From: Diadema antillarum
Taxonomy: Eukaryota
Reading direction: 5' to 3'
Assembly: GCF_040938485.1 (NCBI RefSeq)
Contig: NW_027271741.1
Coordinates: 558,001-622,000, forward strand
Length of the DNA: 64,000 nucleotides
Shown here: positions 37,759-48,300 of the stretch, one piece after another
How the letters are laid out: each line of letters starts with the position of its first letter
How positions within the stretch are numbered: position 1 is the first letter of the stretch
The notes under the pieces: generated by a model
What the model was told of the DNA's origin: nothing
Seen by the model: only the letters and a program-made list of their open reading frames with translations
Database searches by the model: none
Program-made: the position numbers and the translations under genes

Positions 37759-37990
37759 TTTGTTGCATCTCGAGTAGATTCCACTCCCTACTTCTGTTCC
37801 TTCTTTTAGCCGGTCTCGTGCCGTGGTTTGGGCGGCCCTCGGATTTGTCAAAAGTGGCTATGCCTGCTTTGCATGCGCAAAATTGCAGCGCATCGTGGCC
37901 GGGGCCGGCCGTAAACCCCCGTATGCTAGCAGCTAGGCCAGCCTTTGCCAGGCGTACGCGTACGTTTCCAGCAGCCGCGCCGTCATGAGG
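37759..37990 (-). other. Candidate first exon (GC-rich 5' UTR plus ATG CAA CAA A) of the SET-tyrosine recombinase gene
   Basis: Perfect GTAAGT donor at 37758. ATG at 37768 leaves a phase-1 end that joins the 26221 exon in frame (MQQK-KDAGSS). The segment is locally CpG-rich. The 5' boundary is unknown. Confidence 0.4.
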
Positions 37991-37999
37991 GGGCGCTGT

Positions 38000-38250
38000 G
38001 AAACATCAGTGAAACACAGGTCGATGTTGCTTACACAAATCGTACCCACCAAGTTGCCCTTTTACATGAAACCGCGGACGAATCTCTGATCAATCCAATT
38101 TTCACACACCCTCTCTATTGTCGTAAATTTGATACGACCGAATCGTTATCTCAACCGTGGACGGTCCCCCATAGCACGTACGTCCGCGGTTAGAAGGTAG
38201 TTTTTGATGGAGTGGTCCGCGGTTGCTGGCGATCACATACGCACGCACAC
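38000..38250. promoter_or_regulatory. CpG-rich segment with four (A)ACCG(C/T)GGAC motifs; putative (bidirectional) promoter or element terminus
   Basis: AACCGCGGACG at 38070-38080, AACCGTGGAC at 38153-38162 (overlapping palindrome GGACGGTCC), and inverted copies at 38181-38191 and 38215-38224. Lies just upstream of the candidate first exon. Confidence 0.4.
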
Positions 38251-38949
38251 ATACACCAACACACACATTTCTCATTGTACACAATTACCCAATTCACTCT
38301 TTCATTTGTTATGTTCGACAAAGAAGGCAGTGCAATTTAACATTTTGCAGCTGTGCGTTTTTAAATGTATCTGTGAAGTGGTTTCTCAGCCAGGTAACAC
38401 CACGCTGTAGTTAGCAGGTCAAAAGGCAGCAATTTAAAACACATTTTGATATTATCTGAAACTAATGACATGCACAGACCTCTCCCAGTGCATGCTTATA
38501 AGGATACGAATTAGTCACATGACTAATTAAATACCAGGTATATCATTCAAATTCAAATTTCAAATTTATTTTTCTATTTTTAGTTTTTCTCAACAGAATG
38601 TACAAAGCAATGGTTGGAATAAGACATGGAATTGAGTGATACTGAGAAGAAAAATATAAGTATGTTTATGTCTATGATCAACAAGAAATGAAACATAGAC
38701 ACACACACTCATATGTGCCTCGAAATTTTGAGGCACACATTCAAAAAACTATGCTTGCAATATGTGGGTACCTCGGAAAGAAAGAGTGGAAACTCTCCTG
38801 GAAAGGGGGTGAAAAGCTTACAAGAAGTAGTGGGGTATGGTCGTCATACAGGTAGTCAATTGAACCTTAACTGTCTTTTTCGATAATGTTTCTTCTGGAA
38901 TAATGAGATCTTTTTGTTTTTTCTTTGACTTTGTTTTCGTTTTACAAAG

Positions 38950-39452
38950 GGTTAGACAGGAGCCGTACTTTCGCGGAAACCGAACTATCTCGCTTTCCTT
39001 TACCGCATCGTATGAAAAGCCAGAGTAGTGACCGGTTCTTTTTCCGACCATCGCGAGAGCATTGTGACCACGATACATCCTGCAGAGACTTCTTTCCTGT
39101 AAACTCCGGCTTTACAAGTCCGTCATTCGAAAGGAACAACTTCGCAAGTCCGCCATTCCAAAGGAACAACGTCGCAAGTCCCTCATTTCTAAGGAACAAC
39201 TTCGCAAGTCCGTCATTCCAAAGGAACAACTTCTCAAGTCCGCCATTCCAAAGGAACAACGTCGCAAGTCCGTCCTGCCAAAGGAACAACTTCGCAAGTC
39301 CTCCATGGCAGAGGAACAACTTCGCTTGGTCTGGCCACTCGCCACACAACCAGGTTCCTTGGTGTCCGGCAGGCAGTTCGTGGGCACCCAGAGAGGACTT
39401 CGCTGTCGATTCAGAAATTCCACCCTGGTGCTCTTTTGACGAACCCACATGA
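38950..39452 (+). CDS. Candidate terminal exon encoding a 10-aa repeat protein (SPxFQRNNFA x7), product unknown
   Basis: Pyrimidine-rich acceptor TTTGTTTTCGTTTTACAAAG ends at 38949 and the frame stays open to TGA at 39452. A phase-compatible donor CAG|GTAAC lies at 38394. No recognisable domain. Confidence 0.3.
39115..39324. repeat. Minisatellite, 7 x 30 bp
   Basis: Consensus CAAGTCCGTCATTCCAAAGGAACAACTTCG, seven contiguous units with no indels. Confidence 0.95.
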
Positions 39453-41134
39453 ATGTTAAATTCAGCATTTTTTTTTATTGGAGTATACAAGTATGTATGG
39501 AGTATTTATTTAAGTTTCTGACTTCTTTTGATCATGACAATGATCTTAATTCCAAATCATCCTGCTTTTATTATGTATGTATATCATGGAGCTTTCAAAA
39601 CGGCATTCAATATTTTGTCGCATGACCCAATAACTTCTATTGTCTGCGCCTACATGGAGAAACAAAACCGATCGCCTCGTGAAAATGCAAAAATACCGCT
39701 TGCAGTTAACACGAACATAATTTTGTTGGGGTTTGAAAAATACCGCTTGCAGTTAATACGAACATTATTTTGTTGGGGTTTTTTGCCGACTGAATACCAA
39801 CTTCATTAAACAAGAATATACCATAACAATTATTTACATACAGTGTAATATGTATCAACAAACTTTCCTGTTTTTAAAAAAAATGAAAAGTACGTATTTC
39901 CTCCACTTGTTGAAGACATAGTTAAGAATAATATCATTACCCCTGCTTTCCGGAAGAGATAAGAAGAGCGCTTTTTTTAGAAAATATGTTGAATTCATTG
40001 TATAAGTTTGCATTCCTGTTGCAGTCTTCTTACCCAGCAATGGCAACACCGAGATGTTATAAGTTCTTGACAGTTTGTCAGATTTTCCTCAATTTTCACT
40101 GATGTATTCTACTAATATAGCACCATTCGATCCACCTGTGAACATATCACTTTTAACAGAAGACTCGGGCAAACATTGCTTTTATGCCGAAGTAAATGTG
40201 TTGCTTCTCTATTTTTTTTTATTTCTTTAAGGGGGGGGGGTGAATGTCGCTTAAAACGCATTTAACCCCCCCCCCCCCACACTTGATTTTTTTTTTAAAT
40301 TTCTTTCTATCTTTTTTTTTTCTACTTGACGGAGGGAACACTTTTTACACCGGTACTTTAAAAGAGCATTTGGCCCCTCACTTAAGACTTTCCCCACGTG
40401 TATACGTTTATTTATAGCTGCAAGCCACATTTCAACAGAACAGTACCCATGTAGGGACGAAATTATGGAAATCATGTAAATCTTTAGGTAGTGAATTGCG
40501 ACGAACTCCCGGTTGGTATACATATTGCGTGCGTGCAGAGTGTGTGTGTGTGTGAGTGCTGCGTTGATTTTCTTTCGGGGACCCTACTCCTCCTACAAGC
40601 ATCTGCTTCTATTTAGGTTCCCTCCACACACAATTTTATTTTCATGAATGTACCCTTGAGAATAATTTCAGTTGATTTTGTACTATGTAAATGCTTTTGT
40701 ATATACTGAACTTATAACTTATAATTTATGTGTCACTTTACATTGTCATTGACGGATGTTGTAAACACAACACTGTATGATTTGTGTGAAAACCTAATAA
40801 ATGAAAACAGTCTTTCCAGAATCCTCATTCACATTTGAAGATGTCCAGATACTTGTTGTGCTTTCCAATTCCCACTATTTCATACAGGAATGAATGATGG
40901 ACTAAAACCACCAAATATCTTGGAAAACGAAGATGAGATTAATTCACAAAAATTTGATAATTTTGTCGTTACGCGTACACAATGTGTCCAAGAATTGGTA
41001 TCAACCTTTAACAAAACATCTAAAACTGTTGTTTTTTCTCATGTGCAGAGCAGCAACGAAGAAGGTAATGGGGTCCGTATGAAAGGCGCATATGTACAAA
41101 TTAACATAACTTTTTCTTTTTTTGGGGGGGGGGG

Positions 41135-44100
41135 GGGAGGATGCTGAATCCAACAAAATATGGTGCCATTTTTTCCGACCACGTCTTCAGCCGCCATTTT
41201 GAATTTCAAAATGGCCGCCATAGCAAACTGTATTTTGACCAAATTCTCATCATGTGAGCATCATAAAAGGTTCAAATTTGATGCAAAAAGCATGTTTATG
41301 ATGTCAAACATTCTGATACACCATTTTGTGATATTGTAGATTATTTTGATAATATTTTCAGGCAGACATCTTAAATTCAAAATGGCCGGCTAGCTAAATA
41401 TAGCTTTACCCATATCTCATGTAGTTGTAAGTATATTATGGAATGTGTGAAGTTGGGGCAAAATGTATGCTTACGATGTGAGACATGTTAATACATACAT
41501 CTTTTTTTTAAAATGATGGATCATTGTCGTTGGCGGCCATCTTGAAATTCAAAATGGCCTCCATACAAATGTAATTGAGTCTGTATCTCATATCGTATAT
41601 GGATTGTGTAAGGTTCTAATTTTGGGGAGAAAGCATGCGTATGCTATCAGACATTCTGAAGCATCTTTTTCTGAAACAATGGTTCAGTTTATATTAAAGG
41701 TGGCCATCTTGAAATTCAAAGTGGCCGCCATACCAGAATGTATATTTTGACCCATATTTCATGTTGTAAGCAATACAGAAAGTGTTCATTTCGGGCATAA
41801 ATCGGGCTTATGATGTTGAGCATCAGATGCACTTTTCCCCTACCTGAAATTGCATATCGATTTCCAGCTGCCATCTAAACATTCCAAATGACTGCTTTTC
41901 AGCTAATACTTCTGGTTACAAGCAACTTTTACGCATATCAGTGTTTATGGTGACGTACAGTGTACATCCTTCAAACACACACACACACACACACACATAG
42001 GGCCTATACATTCTGTAGTAATGGATTGTATTGGCCGCCACTCTTGAAAGTCAAGATAGATTTCGACCATTGTTTGGTGCTGTGAGATTTTTAAACTGCA
42101 AGCTCAAACATCCTGGAGCACTCATGTGTAAGTTAATCACTCTAGTGAATTGCGTAGGCTGTCCTGTAGGTATAATATACACTGCCATATTGAAATACAA
42201 ACTGGCTGCAATGCGAAACATTCCTTTAAAAGCATTGCGTTTGGGTAAAATTTGCAAATGGGAAATAATGAGATTCTGGTGCCAAAACGAATGACTTTCA
42301 AAAGTACTTCCTAATAACTGTGTCTGAGTGACTAAATGCCCCATTTAGACGATTTGGTTGTAGAATTTACAATATTAGTCCTATACTCTAAAAATTCATG
42401 GGATAGTCAATTACATAATGTCTTCTAGGCTCATTCCCTGCATGCATTTTAAAAATTGGTTCTATGTTTAAAATTCTTCCAGAAACATTGTTTCTTTTTT
42501 TCCGTGATGTGGTCTCTGTGTATGATGGAATTGACTACTTAGTATTTCAACTTTCAAGCTGATTATTTGGCTCAGTTTTGTGGGTTTCTATAGGTATGGG
42601 TGTGAAAAATGAACCTTTGTCAGTGAGATGAAGAGTGATTGTGGAATTACTTAGAACTTATATTTTTCGATTATTGTATCGTTCAGCAGTGACTGGATGA
42701 TGTCATGTTTATCAGACTGTAGAAGCAGTAGAAATGCTATGAGAAGTTGGTGATCCTCTTAAGCTAATGACTATGGATCCAATCTTATATGGTGTATTTT
42801 TGATTGCAAGAGTTGAATGTCTGGCCTTTATCATACTATCCCAGAGATAATTCTTTCACATACAAACTCGCAGCACAGAACATGAAAACTGACCTTTTCA
42901 TATCTTTCTACAACATCCCCCTGAATGTTTCCGATACCTGATTGCCAAACACCACATTCGTCAGCTTCAATGCAGTAACAATTTTTGAGATTGCCCTCAT
43001 GTGATTGTTTTCAAAATTGTGGATGAATTCTGATGCCGCGATGCAAAGCGCTACAGAACTGAGCTACTAATGCTTCTTTGTATTTTTAGAATCATTGGCT
43101 GTACAGCAGTATAGGCATCTTGGAAGTCTTAGTAATAAGGAAGATGACCCACGCCAGATTCACGGGTAATCAGGAGAAAACCTACTCACTCCTTGTTCAT
43201 TCTGTGTTATTCCAGAAATATATTCAGCAAACCTTGATTGTTTCAGTTTGTGGCCAACAAACAAGCTTGTGAATGGGACGCCTGGTAGGGTGACCATGGC
43301 ATTTCTTGCCATTGTGAGACTTTTCCTTGTTTTTCTTCATTCTCTCAAGGAAACATCAAGTTTTTGAAGATCATCTTCAATTGTGTCGATGCTTGCTTTT
43401 GTAAAGATATCTATTATTATATATGATCATTAACGAGGTTCCACGACGCAAAATAAAATGTTTCCCGAGAGGAAAAAACAAATCCTGTGTGTATTAAGCT
43501 CATTACTTTAGCGCACAGTACGCGATTTGCATATACCCGCCTGGCTATATGGGAAGTAACGCTTACACGGTTGCCCACACGTATGGGACAGTGGTGTGGG
43601 TCCCCCACCCCCCCCCCCCCCCCCGCCCCCATACGCAGTTTTTGACCCTCAGCATGGCTTGATGACGTCATTGGAACCTCGACCTTACATTTTGAATTTA
43701 TGGCTACCATTTTGAATTGAGAGATGGCTGTCATTCTGACCTGGAAATGAAGTCGGCCTAACTAGGACAATTTTGGCAAATTAATCTTAGGCGCTTACCA
43801 CAGTTACATGTTTTCTGTGGCGGCCACCTTGAATTTCAACATGGTGGCCTTTCTAATGATCCATAATTAGGAAACAGCTGTACTGGAAGGCTGGACATCA
43901 CAAGCGTGTGCATTCCTGAAAATTTGATGCTTCTACAATAATTGCAACATTAGATATGGGTAAAACCGCTATGGCGGCCATTTTGAATTTGAAGATGGCA
44001 GCCTACAAATTGTACCAAACAATCCACAATAATACACACACATCACGGGTGCTGTTCGTTATTCCGAAGGTTCGCTATTCCGAAGGTTCGTTATTCCGAA

Positions 44101-44760
44101 GGGTCGTTAATCCGAAACACACAAATTCCCTATACCTAGAGGTTCGTTATTCCGAAAATGAAAAAGGGTTCGTTAATCCGAACATTTGTGGCGTTTTTCC
44201 GAAGGTTCGTTATTCCGAAGATTCGTTAATCCGAAAATGAAATTCGGAACAATGAACATTCTGAATAACGAATCTTCGGAATAAAGAGCCTTCGGAATAA
44301 CGAACCTTCGGAATAACCAGCTGTAACCCACATCACAACTATGCATTTTGCACCAAATTTTGCACCAAATCTACAATGCTCACTTTATGAGATATTGGTC
44401 AAAATACAGTTTGCTATGGCGGCCATTTTGAAATTCAAGATGGCAGCCTACAAATTGTATCAAAGTAATCCACAAAATCAGAAAAAGATAAATCAGAGTG
44501 TCTGTCATCACAATCATGCATTTTGCACCACATTTGAAGCTTCTACAATGCTCACTCTATGAGATATGGGTCAAAATACAGTTTGCTACGGCGGCCATTT
44601 TGACATTCAAAATGGCGGCTGAAGACGTGGTTGGAAAAAGTGGAACCAAAGTTTTTTTTCGGATTCAGCACCCCCAAATTGACAAAGTTATCCAAAAAAA
44701 GAAAGTTATCAAAAAATCAATTGTGGCACGAAAATCTCACGGGATGACATAGTAGCCTCT
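41135..44760. mobile_element. Decayed ~3.6-kb DNA transposon with long inverted arms rich in AAAATGGCCGCC/GGCGGCCAT(C/T)TTG motifs (possibly Academ-like)
   Basis: TGCTGAATCC...CCACGTCTTCAGCCGCCATTTTGAA...GCAAACTGTATTTTGACC (41140-41240) is inverted at 44570-44670. The right end reads ACGGGATGACATAGTAGCCTCTA (TAG...CTA-type terminus). An internal stop-ridden minus-strand frame at 42050-43400 may be a transposase remnant. Confidence 0.5.
44047..44328. mobile_element. 282-bp MITE built of GGTTCGTTATTCCGAA repeats, 8-bp TSD CACATCAC
   Basis: Left GGGTGCTGTTCGTTATTCCGAAGG and right CCTTCGGAATAACCAGCTGTAACC. CACATCAC at 44039-44046 and 44329-44336. Confidence 0.8.
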
Positions 44761-45846
44761 ACTAATTGCTAGTTTGTGTTTTGTGTGTGTTTGTGTGTGT
44801 GTACGTGCGTGTGTGTGTCGGTTTGTGTTTAAAATAGACATAGCATTTGCGCGTGGTCTATTTTTATTTCAACTTTGTGAAATCGTTCCTCAGAAATATC
44901 ACATGTGTTCTCGTTTGTCCGGCATTTCTGAATGAATGATGCTAGATGTCAAGTGTCTGCAAAGACGAGGGGATACATGTGTTGAAAATATATTATATAC
45001 ATATTTTCACACTTTTACAAATGAATTATCCATATTTTGTTTTACCATTACTTTCTTTTTTTTTTCTTCCTAAAAAGTGTTATGAAAAATATGGTATTAG
45101 AGCCTGAAGTAATATGTTTTACAAGAGAATAATATTATGCTAAAGATAGGATTTTGATGTCACAATATATAATTATACTGATCTGTCATGGAACTGTCAA
45201 GTACTGAGGTTGTACTGAATGTACTTCAAGGTAATTTGGATCGCCACGCAGTTGACCTGTCTGAGCAGTAGCTTTGTCAACAAGGACAATATATACGTCG
45301 AATTTCATTTAAGGTCTCGTAAACAAAACGTATTTGCGCTCTTACGCTACTTAATTCTCTTACTTTCTGCATGCTTGTGTAAGATGTGTATAATATGTGC
45401 ATGTATATGTATGCATTTGTATAAGTATATCTTCATGTTTTAATGAACTTTTGTATGTGATTTTGCGTTTGTTTTAATAGGACGGATTGTAATAGATAGG
45501 CCTACAACAAACAGATTAATCTATCAAATGCTATGGAACTATGTGATGTCTTGAAGCATAGCTCAGTGTTTGAATAGCGCTTGACCTTTACCTGACAAGG
45601 GATGTTTTTTATAAACTTTCCCTCAAGCAGTTACAGAAATCCGTGATAGTCTTCGCCTTTGTGGGATATGGTATACAAATGTGAGAGGGCGTTCGTGGAA
45701 ATGCAGCGCACTCGAAAGTAGATTTCGCTACGCGACGGGAAGATCGAGAGTACGCGGAAGCAATCAACTGTGATAGTCACCGCACTTGGACTCCCATCCC
45801 GATGCTTTCCTTGGTAGGGCGGAGGCGTGGCGACAAGATCGCTGAT

Positions 45847-45848
<2 letters not shown>

Positions 45849-45883
<35 letters not shown>
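45849..45883. repeat. (GGCT)n microsatellite; other simple repeats include (GA)n at ~993, 4293, 24815, 27772, (CA)n at 2812 and 41975, (AATTG)n at ~1105 and 14510, and poly-C at 11878
   Basis: Read directly from the sequence. Confidence 0.9.
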
Positions 45884-45885
<2 letters not shown>

Positions 45886-47325
45886 ATCCTGCCCAGCAGT
45901 TTGCCCGAGTACCGTTCTCGTTTCCCCAGGACGGGACGTCTCTCGAATTTGGTATTTGCGTATAAGCAAATTTTGCACACGGTGCGCTCAACTACCGGCC
46001 GCGTCGTGCTTGCGAAAGCTCTCTATTTACAATGGTCGAGGCGCAGCCGAGTGAATGCTGCACAAGATCGTGACTACTCGAGAGTGGCATGCATCTCTGC
46101 TAATGTCCGAAACTTAAACCTGTGCATTATCCGTTTTGTAAAATGGTTCTACGAACTTTTTTTTTTTCATTTACCTTTGTTGGTAAATATCAGTAAGCTA
46201 CATGCAAAACTTTTTCTCAAAAGCCAAGATGTTCGAAGTAACGTTCAAAACATACTGAACATGAAGTTGTTTACAGTAAAGAAGTGACAGAGGGCGCTAG
46301 TAAGTGATGAAATCGCTACGTCAGTGACCATGACTATAGCAAGGCATCAGCCACGCTCTTATCTCTGAGTGGTCGTTATGCCCGCAGCTCAGGGCATCTT
46401 CGGCAAAACGAAAGACAGGTCACGTGATTGCTTTCGACCAATCATTTGATTAGGATTCTTTTCACTGTATTACAATAAGCATGAACGCTACACTGCGCCA
46501 CAGCTGGGGAAGCACTCGTGTCATCTGAAGTTCATACAGAGCTTAGAATGAAGCAAAATGCGAATCGCAAAAATAAGAAGAATAACAAAGAAATTAATGT
46601 AACGCTTTCAGATTATTCTGCTCGAGTAAAAAAGAGCCATAGCATAAGACAAAGTTTTACTGGGAGTGTGTTGTGTGTGTGTGTGTGTGTCTGTGTGAGT
46701 GTATATTTGTCAATGAAATACAAGATGAAAAATTATATATCTTTATTTCATTCTCTCGATGTATGTAGGAGTGTCCCTCTTTCATTAACATTACGTATTG
46801 AAGTCATATATATATATCGACATAATTAACATCAGTGTATGTTATCTGCCCGTTGAAAAGTTTGGCTGGTTTATTCAAGTTAAAAACAGTAATGTCAGGG
46901 TCTTTTTTTTTCGTTCATACAGATTATACAACCAGCAAATTTTTTTATTGCTTTGTTTGCTTTCTTTATTTGTTTGATTTCCATCTGAGAAGATGGCTGG
47001 ATAGCCCATATTTAGCTGCTGGTCTTCCATGATGTCCAGTTGCATGTATTAAAGGTGGGACCACTTCATCAGGTTAAACACCCTGTAGATTTCAGAAATA
47101 TGATCAGCGATTTAGAGAGTATTGCCGAATCATGCGGCCTTAAAAGTGGAAGTAATATAAAATATATATACAAAATATAAACACAGACTACATAAAGAAA
47201 AAAAAAAGATTTCAAATTCATTTAAGGATATAATAGGAAGGACAGAATTAACTACAGCACTTGCAATCGAGCACATGTATCCCCCGAACCCGTCCCACAC
47301 CCCTCCCCATAAACCTCCATAGCAA

Positions 47326-48300
47326 GTTTGAATAAAATCCGACAAGAAATGTGGCTTATACAGCATATACAAGAAATGTGACATGGCCTCCAAGTCGGAA
47401 CACTGAGGGCACCGTCACCACAAACTGTTGTGTCCTTCATGTAGAATGACCACCCGTACATCTCCTTTAATAGCAAGTCTGAATAAAATTCGTTGAGTAA
47501 CAATCAAGTTATTGCCTAAATAAGCATGCATTTTTGCAAATTTTGACATGATCAGGATGACCTTTGATCCTGTAAAAGGTGGAATAGTGAGGGCAGCATT
47601 ATCAATAGGTGTAGGTGTATAGATTTGACTATGATACATTTGCATACCAAATTTGAAAAAAAAAGATGGTCCAGAAACAAGGCCAACGTTGCACACACAA
47701 GCAGACCCTATTAAATTTACCTTTCATGTACAAAGAGGGAACAAGAGAGGGCGCCACCACCAAAAACAATATGGGCATCTTCATTTCATTATAATGCACC
47801 TTTTTTTTCCAAATTTGAAGAAAATCTGATAAGAAATGTGGCTGATAGAGCACACACAAAAAATGTGCATTGGCATCCAAGTCGGAACACTGAGGGCGCC
47901 GTCACCACAAACTGTTGTGTCCTTCATGTAGAATGACCACCCATACATCTCCTTTAATAGCAAGTCTGAATAAAATTCGTTGAGTAACAATCAAGTTATT
48001 GCATAAATAAGCGCTTCTGCAAATTTTGACATGATCAGGGTGACCTTTGACCCTGTAAAAGGTGGAACAGTGTGGGCAGCATTATCGATAGGTATAGGTG
48101 TATAGATTTGACTATGATACGTTTACATACCAAATTTGGAAAAAAAATCGATGGAGAAACAAGGCCAGCGTCGCACAGACAAGCAGACCCTGTTAAATTT
48201 ACCTTTTCATGTATAAAGACGGAACAAGCGAGGGCGCCATCACCACAAAACAATAGGCTTCTTCGTATTACCATAATAGACACCTTCATGCCAAATCTGA
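47326..48300. repeat. Tandem duplication of a ~487-bp unit within an interspersed repeat
   Basis: CAAGTCGGAACACTGAGGGC(A/G)CCGTCACCACAAACTGTTGTGTCCTTCATGTAGAATGACCACCC...GTAACAATCAAGTTATTGC is nearly identical at 47391 and 47878. It is followed by (GGCGGACGC)n at about 48340. Confidence 0.85.

Noticed and set aside
45631-46500. CpG-rich ORFs around the (GGCT)n repeat and a CTCF-like AGAGGGCGCTAG / E-box / CCAAT cluster
   Set aside because: The ORFs are open mainly because of the microsatellite and lack domains; the short motifs could be chance. It might be a promoter but cannot be supported.
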